Source of the DNA: Escherichia coli
GTDB taxonomy: Bacteria > Pseudomonadota > Gammaproteobacteria > Enterobacterales > Enterobacteriaceae
Assembly: GCF_045037415.1 (NCBI RefSeq)
Contig: NZ_CP173438.1
Direction: 5' to 3' (one strand)
Length of the DNA: 64,000 nucleotides
Positions 1-8,699 of the stretch are shown here, piece after piece (position 1 is the first letter of the stretch; every line of letters starts with the position of its first letter). Under the pieces are notes generated by a model. It made no database searches. It saw only the letters and a list, made by a program, of their open reading frames with translations, and had not been told where the DNA came from. The translations under genes and the position numbers were made by a program.

Positions 1-41
1 GCCTCTTTTGACATCAGCATTTTTATCTCTTTTCATAACCA

Positions 42-1814
42 TCACTTTGATGGGTGTAGATTGATAAAATGTTTTTTGATTTCAATAATTGAATCAAGTA
101 TGGGTTTGAATAATGAAAAATCGATAGTTTTTCTATTTTCCCTTACTATATAAGTAGCAAATCTATCTTTTCCAAATGTAGTAGAACTGTCATGATTATT
201 GCTTTTATCGAAGCTTTTTCCATTATACTTCATTTGCAAAACTTTTGGTTCAAAAAAATCCTCTAGTGAAGAATAGTTATCCCCTGGTAATAACGGAGTA
301 AAAAGAACATATAAATTACTCTCTAAGTGATAAAACGCCCCTTTTCTAACATCCTCCGCTTTTTTTGGTAGATGCGAATAATCCTTTATTATTTGATTTA
401 TGAAGTCAGATGGCCCTGTGTCATTATCTAATAAAATTATCACTGGATTTTTAGGAGGCTGTTTTTCATACGCTTTACAAAGTAAACCATGTCGTCTGAA
501 AAACCTCGAATAGTCTGCAGCTCCACCAGACAAATCGAGAAAATATTTTTTCTTGTCATTGGTTTTAAATAAATTAACTTTTAACACTCTATTCTTTGTG
601 TTTTTTTCCTCTCTAACTAACTGAGGGTAATCCAAAAACAAAGAATCAATTGCACACTTAAGATAAACCGGGTCAGTTTTCCCTTCTGTTAAGATTGTTA
701 TTTGCTCATTTCCATAGAAATTTTTATAGTATAGGAATTTGCTGTATGCTTTCTCTCTGGAGTTAAGTCTCTGCTTAAAATCCAACCCAAATCCTTTAAC
801 CACATATCTCTCAGGACGCGCATTTTTCTTTGCTTCCACATTATTATATTTATCAAGCATATCGATAAATGCAAATCGCCCTTCTAATTCACTAAGGGTG
901 CCCTTTCTATGTTTTCCATCTTTCTCAATAAGTGTATACGAACCTTCAAAGTATAAAGAATGCGCCATCGCTCTTGTATTCTTTATATACTCTCTGCTTA
1001 CATTTATTTTTTTATTTACAGTTAAACCTGTAACTTGCTGTCTTGATGTACACCTAGACACTCTGTTTTTATTATGGTTTAAAGTGAAGCCTGCACGATG
1101 AATTTCTTCTACCAATATCTTACCTGGTTCGTTTTCTTTCTCATTAGAAACTAATGCATCAGGGATGTTTTTTTTGTTTGTTGAAAACGTAATGTCATCT
1201 GCATAGCGGCTGTAACTACAACCATATGTGACTGCTAGCTTTGATAATCTGAAATCTAAAATCCTACAAATAAGATTAGTTATTACTGGAGAACAAGGGC
1301 TTCCTTGCGGAAGCGATCCATCCAGGCAGGCTATCTGCGCAATAATGGTTGCAACATTTGGATGTAACTTGAAATTTTGGTTTGCAATAAAATATCCTCG
1401 CACGCGACCAAAATTAAAGGATGGGAAGAAATTCTCAATATCAATATTAAATACAATATTTTTATCTCGATGCCTCTCAGCATTTGTAATTATAGTTTTA
1501 TTCTTCTCAAAACCATGTGATACATTTTGTTTAATATTATTTTTTGCCCAAATTTCTTCCTGGCATATATATAGAAGTTCAGAAAGTCGTTGTTGAATAT
1601 CTTTCAGTTTTTCATCAGGAGCAAAGATCTCCCGCTCTCCTCCAGACTTTTTCTTTATAGTAAATTTTTTGTATTGATTTTCTGGCCTTATTCTATACAA
1701 AACATTAGTCAGAAATGTAACTTTAATCTGAAGCAAATCAGCCAGTTCAAATTTGTTACAACAAGCCTGCAGCCTTGCCAGATAGGTAGGTTTAAACATA
1801 ACAGTAAATTCCAT
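42..1814 (-). CDS. Retron-type reverse transcriptase fused to a C-terminal TOPRIM domain (Ec67/Retron-Eco2-like architecture)
   Basis: 590-aa ORF. RT motifs present: NAERH (NAxxH), LPQGSPCSP, YSRYADDITF (YADD) and RQQVTGLTVN (retron-typical VTG). C-terminal part has ILTEGKTD and ILLDNDTG, matching the TOPRIM Glu and DxD. msr/msd-type inverted repeats end 17 nt upstream. The region is visibly AT-rich. The start could be 1814 or the Met at 1799; there is no strong SD. Confidence 0.9.
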   Translation of the reverse strand: MEFTVMFKPTYLARLQACCNKFELADLLQIKVTFLTNVLYRIRPENQYKKFTIKKKSGGEREIFAPDEKLKDIQQRLSELLYICQEEIWAKNNIKQNVSHGFEKNKTIITNAERHRDKNIVFNIDIENFFPSFNFGRVRGYFIANQNFKLHPNVATIIAQIACLDGSLPQGSPCSPVITNLICRILDFRLSKLAVTYGCSYSRYADDITFSTNKKNIPDALVSNEKENEPGKILVEEIHRAGFTLNHNKNRVSRCTSRQQVTGLTVNKKINVSREYIKNTRAMAHSLYFEGSYTLIEKDGKHRKGTLSELEGRFAFIDMLDKYNNVEAKKNARPERYVVKGFGLDFKQRLNSREKAYSKFLYYKNFYGNEQITILTEGKTDPVYLKCAIDSLFLDYPQLVREEKNTKNRVLKVNLFKTNDKKKYFLDLSGGAADYSRFFRRHGLLCKAYEKQPPKNPVIILLDNDTGPSDFINQIIKDYSHLPKKAEDVRKGAFYHLESNLYVLFTPLLPGDNYSSLEDFFEPKVLQMKYNGKSFDKSNNHDSSTTFGKDRFATYIVRENRKTIDFSLFKPILDSIIEIKKHFINLHPSK

Positions 1815-1830
1815 TATTGATTATGTTAAT

Positions 1831-1960
1831 GCACATGCAGGTACTCTTACGCATTTAACGGTGACGCCAAGATGACTTGACGGCAGTCAGAGGGCGAATA
1901 CTCCCGACCTTGTTAACACTGATTGCGATACCACAACCAACAAATCTACCTGCATGTGCC
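1831..1960 (-). ncRNA. Retron msr-msd non-coding RNA (template/primer for msDNA)
   Basis: Perfect 13-nt inverted repeats GCACATGCAGGTA (1831-1843) and TACCTGCATGTGC (1947-1959) form the a1/a2 pair. On the transcribed (-) strand a G (complement of 1946) directly follows a1 and is the candidate 2'-branching G. An internal imperfect long hairpin (CGCC..GACT / AGTC..GGCG, about 1866-1900) fits an msd stem. The element lies immediately upstream of the RT in the canonical msr-msd-ret order. Confidence 0.75.
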
Positions 1961-2369
1961 GTATTAAATTAGCATAGTCATCATATAACTCAAGCCCCCA
2001 ATCAATTTTTTTCAAAATCCTCAATAAGTTATAGATGGTTTGCGTTCTGTTCATTTCTGGCATCAGAGTGATGATTAGGCAAGTTAGCTGGGAAAATTTA
2101 TCCGGAGTATATACAAAGAAAGTAGTCAGCCCAGTTGAATCATCTAAACAAGACCAATTAACTAATTTATTTAAATGAAAAATAATGCTTTTGAGCTAAC
2201 CAATTATGCACTTAAGCTAAATTTACCGTTTTTGGGGCTAGCCCAACATCGAGGGCGCATAAGCTTTAGCCCACTTTTACTTTCCTGTTTTCTTTAGTAA
2301 CAGAAGGTTAACTATCAAATATTTTTGTTGGGCTATGTGGGCTAACAGTTTTCATATTTACGTGTTTTT

Positions 2370-2609
2370 TTATTCTTCTCCGGTTTCCGTTTCAGATACC
2401 GGAGTAAACAACAGCGTATAAGCCCAGGGACGTGCATGCTTGAGGTGTCTCAGCCGTGGCATACGTATCAGCCATCCCTCCACGCTGGTGGACTTTTTGA
2501 GCATTCCAGCCTCATGAAGGATTCTGCCGGCAGTATCCTTGCTGAGAGGAGTAGAACCTACGCCCTTCGCATTACGAATGCGAGCTAACTCCAAAATGAG
2601 TACGAACAT
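2370..2609 (-). CDS. Hypothetical 79-aa protein in the retron islet (possible small DNA-binding protein)
   Basis: ORF only. No family recognised, no clear SD inspected, and it lies in accessory DNA. Confidence 0.25.
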   Translation of the reverse strand: MFVLILELARIRNAKGVGSTPLSKDTAGRILHEAGMLKKSTSVEGWLIRMPRLRHLKHARPWAYTLLFTPVSETETGEE

Positions 2610-2718
2610 GAGTACAAAAAAAATATATCATTAAATGTAGTATAAATTTCAATCAGATACAGCAAAAATTACAATTCAACGTCTAATTCCGCTAATACTA
2701 CTCTGGCGGTTAATAACG

Positions 2719-2752
2719 AGCCATTATGTGAGTTGCACGTAATGGCTTTTTT
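2719..2752 (+). terminator. Strong intrinsic terminator with no obvious upstream gene
   Basis: 12-bp stem (agccattatgtg / cacgtaatggct, one G-U pair), 5-nt loop, followed by T6. Confidence 0.6.
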
Positions 2753-2877
2753 ACGCCTGCTACGCGTCTTCTTTCAATTCTGAGTTACCAAAACTCATAA
2801 TCAGACTCCTGACAATATTAACAATGCAGCTTTTATGTGATAACAATCACAGTGCATTAACCGTTCAAGAGTTTGTC

Positions 2878-3054
2878 ATGAAAAAAACATTTACCTTCAG
2901 CCTGTTAGCAATTGTCTTTGCAAGCCTGTTGAGTGCTTGTGTTCCCCACCATCATCACCGCCACAGCGATGGCCCTCGTGGTCCTGCGCCCTCCGGTAAG
3001 CCAATGCCACCTTCAAATGGTGGACCAAATCACGGCAGTCATGGTCGCTATTAA
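2878..3054 (+). CDS. Small predicted lipoprotein with a His/Pro/Gly-rich mature part
   Basis: MKKTFTFSLLAIVFASLLSAC gives a signal peptide plus lipobox L-S-A-C. The mature peptide is CVPHHHHRHSDGPRGPAPSGKPMPPSNGGPNHGSHGRY. The internal Met of the 76-aa ORF was chosen as start. Confidence 0.55.
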   Translation: MKKTFTFSLLAIVFASLLSACVPHHHHRHSDGPRGPAPSGKPMPPSNGGPNHGSHGRY

Positions 3055-3090
3055 TTAGTAATTCATAGCGGGAAAGTACATACTCTCCCG

Positions 3091-5010
3091 CTATCCACGG
3101 CGCTTAAACTGCCCTGCATCAATGCCATGTTGCTTCATTTTCCGCCACAGCGTAGTGCGGCCGATTCCAAGTAAAGCCGACATTTCCTGAATGCGACCGC
3201 CTGTGACTTGGGCTGCGTTAATAATTGCCTCTTTTTCAACTTCCGCAAATGACAGACTGGTGGAAAGGCGGGTGGCGCTGACATCATCTGTCGCCTGCTC
3301 GGTAAACAGATGTTCCGGCAAATCACTGACGCGAATGCGCCCATTATCACTACTCAGAGCAAGATTCTCGATGACGCTGTAAAGTTCAAAATCGTTGCCA
3401 GGCCATGCACAGGAAACCAGGCGAGCGAGGGCATCGTCATCAATTTTCAGCCGCGTAGAGAAGCGTTTTTCAAGGCTGCGTAATTTGTTATTCACCAGCG
3501 CCGGAATGCTGCCACGCCGCATACGCAGTGGCGGGATGGTAATTTCAAATGCATGCAGCGCGTAATACAGCTGGCGACTAAAACGATTTTGTTCCACCAG
3601 CATTGCGAGGTCCGCGGTCGTTGTGGCAATCACTTTGACATCAATGGGTATTAAACGCCGCGCATCCAGTCGCGTGATAACACCCTGCTTGATAACCTGA
3701 AGCAAAGCAGACTGTAACTCCACCGCCAGATATTCAATCTTTTCAAGAAACAGCGTGCCGCCGTGCGCCAGTTCCAGCCGACTCAGACGGCCATTTTCAT
3801 TATCCGTGCGATCGCCACCAATAAATTCTTCCGCCAGCGCCGCATCACCATATAACTCACAATTGACGGCGATATAAGGCCCCGCTGCACGCTCGCTTTC
3901 ATTATGAATTGCCTGACTTAGCAGTGCCTTGCCCACGCCCTCTTCTCCACAAAGCAGGACAGGAAAGCTACTGCGCGCCGCCTGGCGACCAAAATGAATC
4001 AAGCGGCGGGTTTGCGGATCGTCCTGTGGCATATGAGCGAAGGTATGGCTGACTTTTCCTAATTGACTGGTCATTAACTGCCGCATCTGTTCCACAGGAT
4101 GGAGCAATAAAATAAAGCTGGTTCCCTGCGTTTCTATTATCGGTTTAAGGGTTATCACCGCATCAATAAACTGATGCTGACTTTCAAAGGTTGCTTCTAC
4201 GTGTTTGAGCGGATGTGCCTGTTTTATTGCTTGTTGCAATACGGCGGGTAACGTTAAGAGTTCAGTGATTGCCCTTCCCTGACTTGCCGTCGCGTCAAGG
4301 CGCAAGACTCGCGCCGCCTGGGCGTTGATAAATTGCAAATTACCCTGCTCGTCCCAGCTAATCACGCCATCATCCATACTTTCTAACAGGGCATTAAGTT
4401 GATTTAAATGACGGTTAGTTTCAGCGAGCAAACTGTCCGTCAGCAGTAAATTTCCGACCTCGCGTGCGATTGCCAACGTCAACGGCAAATCAGCTGCGGT
4501 AGTTTGCTCAACCGGACACGCCAGCGCTATTGTTCCCGTCAATCGGCCCTTGCTGTCAAACAACGGCGTTGCGCAAAAGGCCCAGTTCCAGAGTGCCTGT
4601 TTGAAATGTTGATCGGCCATCGTTTTCACGGCCTGACCAGAGATAGCCGCTAACGATAGCGCACAAGTACCAATAATTCCCTCGGCGCAATACGTGCCGT
4701 CATTGAATCCCAGTACACTTAGCTGCTGCAAGGTTTGCGGATCGCCATTACGGCTGAGAATGCAGGCGGTTTCATCGAGGATAAGCAACGCACACTCTCG
4801 CGGTGCCATATATTCCCAGGCATCTTCCAGCGCAGCCTGCCCGAGCGTCAGCATCGCTTTCTTACGCCGATAAATAGAAGCAAATGTCACGCCCTGGGCC
4901 TGGTGTGGTACGTTCCATGTCTCCCGTTTCATCAGCTTATTGCATCTCTCCCAGGAGGTTGCAATTAAGGGAGATATGCCCCGACCATCGTTGTTAAAAG
5001 CGCCACTCAT
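3091..5010 (-). CDS. dhaR: DhaR, transcriptional activator of the dha operon (GAF/PAS plus AAA+ EBP-type plus Fis-HTH)
   Basis: Starts MSGAFNNDGRGISPLIATSWERC. 639 aa from the 4th codon of the ORF. Divergent from dhaKLM. Matches K-12 in length and synteny. Confidence 0.93.
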   Translation of the reverse strand: MSGAFNNDGRGISPLIATSWERCNKLMKRETWNVPHQAQGVTFASIYRRKKAMLTLGQAALEDAWEYMAPRECALLILDETACILSRNGDPQTLQQLSVLGFNDGTYCAEGIIGTCALSLAAISGQAVKTMADQHFKQALWNWAFCATPLFDSKGRLTGTIALACPVEQTTAADLPLTLAIAREVGNLLLTDSLLAETNRHLNQLNALLESMDDGVISWDEQGNLQFINAQAARVLRLDATASQGRAITELLTLPAVLQQAIKQAHPLKHVEATFESQHQFIDAVITLKPIIETQGTSFILLLHPVEQMRQLMTSQLGKVSHTFAHMPQDDPQTRRLIHFGRQAARSSFPVLLCGEEGVGKALLSQAIHNESERAAGPYIAVNCELYGDAALAEEFIGGDRTDNENGRLSRLELAHGGTLFLEKIEYLAVELQSALLQVIKQGVITRLDARRLIPIDVKVIATTTADLAMLVEQNRFSRQLYYALHAFEITIPPLRMRRGSIPALVNNKLRSLEKRFSTRLKIDDDALARLVSCAWPGNDFELYSVIENLALSSDNGRIRVSDLPEHLFTEQATDDVSATRLSTSLSFAEVEKEAIINAAQVTGGRIQEMSALLGIGRTTLWRKMKQHGIDAGQFKRRG

Positions 5011-5074
5011 ATCCCGCATCCCTTATGACAAAAGGTGTTCCGGCTCGCAATTTTAAGTATTAATACACGTAAAA

Positions 5075-5122
5075 GTTTCAATATGGAACACTCATTAAAG
5101 CATATGTTTCACTATGAAACAT
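5075..5122. promoter_or_regulatory. Two GTTTCA-N3-TGRAAC inverted repeats in the dhaR-dhaK intergenic region (candidate DhaR operator/UAS)
   Basis: gtttcaatatggaac lies at 5075-5089. The perfect palindrome atgtttca-cta-tgaaacat lies at 5104-5122. Centres are about 31 bp apart. The functional assignment is inference. Confidence 0.3.
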
Positions 5123-5237
5123 AATTTGGGCTAATTTTCTTTTCCCTTGCCTGATGCACAATGGATTCATCGGCAGTCAGTGGTCGCCGTGTCGTTGAAC
5201 ATCATCCATGCCCTACCGTAATTGCTGGAGCAAAATA

Positions 5238-6308
5238 ATGAAAAAATTGATCAATGATGTGCAAGACGTACTGGACGAACAACTGGCAGGACTAGCGAAA
5301 GCGCATCCATCGCTGACACTGCATCAGGATCCGGTGTATGTCACCCGAGCTGATGCCCCCGTTGCAGGAAAAGTCGCCCTGCTGTCGGGTGGCGGCAGCG
5401 GACACGAGCCGATGCATTGTGGTTATATCGGTCAGGGGATGCTTTCGGGGGCCTGTCCGGGCGAAATTTTCACCTCACCGACGCCCGATAAAATCTTTGA
5501 ATGCGCCATGCAAATTGATGGCGGCGAAGGTGTACTGTTGATTATCAAAAATTACACCGGCGATATTCTTAACTTCGAAACAGCAACCGAGTTACTGCAC
5601 GATAGCGGCGTAAAAGTGACCACTGTGGTCATTGATGACGACGTTGCAGTAAAAGACAGTCTTTATACCGCCGGGCGACGCGGCGTTGCCAACACCGTAT
5701 TAATTGAAAAACTCGTAGGTGCAGCGGCGGAGCGTGGCGACTCACTGGACGCCTGTGCGGAACTGGGGCGTAAGTTGAATAATCAAGGCCACTCAATAGG
5801 TATCGCTCTCGGTGCCTGTACCGTTCCTGCCGCGGGCAAACCTTCTTTTACCCTGGCGGATAATGAGATGGAGTTTGGCGTCGGCATTCATGGTGAGCCA
5901 GGTATTGACCGCCGCCCCTTCTCTTCCCTTGATCAAACCGTCGATGAAATGTTCGACACCCTGCTGGAAAATGGCTCATACCATCGCACTTTGCGTTTAT
6001 GGGATTATCAACAAGGCAGCTGGCAGGAAGAACCACAAACCAAACAACCGCTCCAGTCTGGCGATCGGGTGATTGCGCTGGTTAACAATCTTGGCGCAAC
6101 TCCGCTTTCTGAGCTGTACGGCGTCTATAACCGCCTGACCACACGTTGCCAGCAAGCGGGATTGACTATCGAACGTAATTTAATTGGCGCGTACTGCACC
6201 TCACTGGATATGACCGGTTTCTCAATCACCTTACTGAAAGTTGATGACGAAACGCTGGCACTCTGGGACGCCCCGGTCCACACCCCGGCCCTTAACTGGG
6301 GTAAATAA
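5238..6308 (+). CDS. dhaK: Dihydroxyacetone kinase subunit DhaK
   Basis: MKKLINDVQDVLDEQLAGLAKAHP. 356 aa from the internal Met. Synteny with dhaL/dhaM. Confidence 0.95.
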   Translation: MKKLINDVQDVLDEQLAGLAKAHPSLTLHQDPVYVTRADAPVAGKVALLSGGGSGHEPMHCGYIGQGMLSGACPGEIFTSPTPDKIFECAMQIDGGEGVLLIIKNYTGDILNFETATELLHDSGVKVTTVVIDDDVAVKDSLYTAGRRGVANTVLIEKLVGAAAERGDSLDACAELGRKLNNQGHSIGIALGACTVPAAGKPSFTLADNEMEFGVGIHGEPGIDRRPFSSLDQTVDEMFDTLLENGSYHRTLRLWDYQQGSWQEEPQTKQPLQSGDRVIALVNNLGATPLSELYGVYNRLTTRCQQAGLTIERNLIGAYCTSLDMTGFSITLLKVDDETLALWDAPVHTPALNWGK

Positions 6309-6318
6309 GGAGAAAGCA

Positions 6319-6951
6319 ATGTCACTGAGCAGAACTCAAATTGTTAACTGGCTCACTCGTTGTGGCGATATTTTCAGCACCGAGAGCGAGTATCTTACTG
6401 GACTGGATCGCGAGATTGGCGACGCTGACCACGGGCTAAATATGAACCGAGGCTTTGGCAAAGTGGTGGAAAAACTCCCTGCTATCGCAGATAAAGATAT
6501 CGGTTTCATTCTCAAGAATACCGGCATGACGCTACTTTCCAGCGTCGGAGGTGCCAGTGGTCCGCTGTTCGGTACCTTCTTTATCCGCGCCGCACAGACA
6601 ACCCAGGCACGGCAAAGCCTGACGCTGGAAGAGCTTTATCAGATGTTCCGCGATGGCGCGGACGGCGTAATCAGTCGCGGGAAAGCCGAACCTGGCGATA
6701 AAACCATGTGTGATGTGTGGGTGCCGGTGGTGGAATCGTTACGTCAGTCCTGCGAGCAAAATCTCTCTGTTCCGGCGGCGCTCGACGCTGCCAGTAGCAT
6801 CGCCGAATCCGCTGCACAAAGTACGATTACGATGCAAGCCCGCAAAGGCCGCGCCAGTTATCTCGGTGAACGCAGTATTGGTCACCAGGATCCCGGCGCG
6901 ACCTCGGTGATGTTTATGATGCAAATGTTGGCGTTAGCCGCAAAAGAGTAA
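6319..6951 (+). CDS. dhaL: Dihydroxyacetone kinase ADP-binding subunit DhaL
   Basis: MSLSRTQIVNWLTRCGDIF. 210 aa. SD aaggag lies upstream. Confidence 0.95.
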   Translation: MSLSRTQIVNWLTRCGDIFSTESEYLTGLDREIGDADHGLNMNRGFGKVVEKLPAIADKDIGFILKNTGMTLLSSVGGASGPLFGTFFIRAAQTTQARQSLTLEELYQMFRDGADGVISRGKAEPGDKTMCDVWVPVVESLRQSCEQNLSVPAALDAASSIAESAAQSTITMQARKGRASYLGERSIGHQDPGATSVMFMMQMLALAAKE

Positions 6952-6961
6952 GGAATTGGTG

Positions 6962-8380
6962 ATGGTAAACCTGGTCATAGTTTCACATAGCAGCCGACTG
7001 GGAGAAGGTGTCGGTGAATTAGCCCGTCAGATGTTAATGAGTGATAATTGTAAAATCGCCATTGCCGCGGGAATTGACGATCCACAAAATCCCATTGGTA
7101 CCGATGCCGTCAAAGTGATGGAGGCCATCGAATCTGTTGCCGATGCCGACCATGTGCTGGTCATGATGGATATGGGTAGCGCATTATTGAGTGCTGAAAC
7201 TGCGCTGGAATTGCTGGCTCCCGAGATCGCCGCAAAAGTACGTTTGTGTGCTGCGCCGTTGGTCGAAGGTACACTGGCAGCAACGGTCAGCGCGGCCTCG
7301 GGGGCGGATATCGACAAAGTTATCTTTGACGCCATGCATGCGCTGGAAGCCAAACGTGAACAACTGGGTTTACCGTCCTCCGACACTGAAATCTCTGACA
7401 CATGTCCTCCGTACGATGAAGAAGCCCGTTCTCTGGCGGTGGTCATAAAAAACCGTAACGGCCTGCATGTACGTCCGGCCTCCCGGCTGGTTTATACCTT
7501 ATCGACATTTAATGCCGATATGTTGCTGGAGAAAAACGGCAAATGCGTTACACCGGAGAGTATTAACCAGATTGCGTTACTACAAGTTCGCTATAACGAT
7601 ACGCTGCGCCTGATTGCGAAAGGACCAGAAGCTGAAGAGGCACTGATCGCTTTCCGTCAGTTGGCTGAAGATAACTTTGGTGAAACGGAGGAAGTTGCTC
7701 CACCTACTCTGCGTCCCGTTCCGCCTGTTTCGGGTAAAGCCTTTTATTATCAACCTGTTTTATGTACGGTACAGGCAAAATCAACCCTGACCGTGGAAGA
7801 AGAACAAGAACGATTACGCCAGGCCATTGACTTCACGTTATTAGATCTGATGACGTTAACAGCGAAAGCAGAAACCAGCGGGCTTGACGATATTGCCGCA
7901 ATCTTTTCTGGTCACCATACACTGTTAGATGATCCGGAACTGCAGGCGGCGGCAAGCGAACTCCTTCAGCATGAACATTGCACGGCGGAATATGCCTGGC
8001 AGCAAGTTCTTAAAGAACTTAGCCAGCAATACCAACAGCTGGATGATGAATATCTACAGGCTCGCTATATCGATGTGGACGATCTTCTGCATCGCACCCT
8101 GGTCCACCTGACCCAAACGAAAGAAGAACTCCCGCAGTTTAACTCGCCAACTATTCTACTGGCGGAGAACATTTATCCCTCCACAGTACTGCAACTGGAT
8201 CCAGCGGTTGTAAAAGGTATCTGCCTTAGCGCCGGAACTCCGCTATCCCACAGTGCCCTAATCGCCCGTGAACTGGGAATTGGCTGGATTTGCCAGCAGG
8301 GTGAGAAACTGTATGCGATACAACCAGAAGAAACGCTAACGCTGGACGTTAAAACGCAACGTTTCAACCGTCAGGGTTAA
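6962..8380 (+). CDS. dhaM: PTS-dependent dihydroxyacetone kinase phosphotransferase subunit DhaM (EIIA-like/HPr/EI-N fusion)
   Basis: MVNLVIVSHSSRLGEGV. 472 aa. Contains an HPr-like segment (NRNGLHVRPAS). Confidence 0.94.
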   Translation: MVNLVIVSHSSRLGEGVGELARQMLMSDNCKIAIAAGIDDPQNPIGTDAVKVMEAIESVADADHVLVMMDMGSALLSAETALELLAPEIAAKVRLCAAPLVEGTLAATVSAASGADIDKVIFDAMHALEAKREQLGLPSSDTEISDTCPPYDEEARSLAVVIKNRNGLHVRPASRLVYTLSTFNADMLLEKNGKCVTPESINQIALLQVRYNDTLRLIAKGPEAEEALIAFRQLAEDNFGETEEVAPPTLRPVPPVSGKAFYYQPVLCTVQAKSTLTVEEEQERLRQAIDFTLLDLMTLTAKAETSGLDDIAAIFSGHHTLLDDPELQAAASELLQHEHCTAEYAWQQVLKELSQQYQQLDDEYLQARYIDVDDLLHRTLVHLTQTKEELPQFNSPTILLAENIYPSTVLQLDPAVVKGICLSAGTPLSHSALIARELGIGWICQQGEKLYAIQPEETLTLDVKTQRFNRQG

Positions 8381-8699
8381 ACCACCGTTCGGATGGCATC
8401 ATTCTGATGTCATCCGGCAATTTACTCTGCACTGATGTTTTTTAACTACCTGTTATATTTTTCACCAAATTATGATGATTTTTCTTCGCTAATCGCGAAC
8501 CCAACGTCGCTGGCTGACGAATAAACAGATGTTATTTTATCACTCTATTTCGCCGTTATTTATCCCTTTAATTCCCTTTTCTAAAATGTCTGTCAGTTCG
8601 CAGAATGTGATTTCGATCATGCAGCTAGTGCGATCCTGAACTAAGGTTTTCTGATACTTGAATACCGTTTTATTCGGTTTCGCCAAAGGAGAATGATTG

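Noticed and set aside
739-1820. Three + strand ORFs (739-1101, 1228-1596, 1590-1820) overlapping the retron RT. I considered them as possible retron accessory genes.
   Set aside because: They lie antisense within the RT coding sequence. Their hydrophobic, Phe/Leu/Ser-rich translations are what the reverse frame of an AT-rich gene produces. Known retron effectors are co-directional with the RT.
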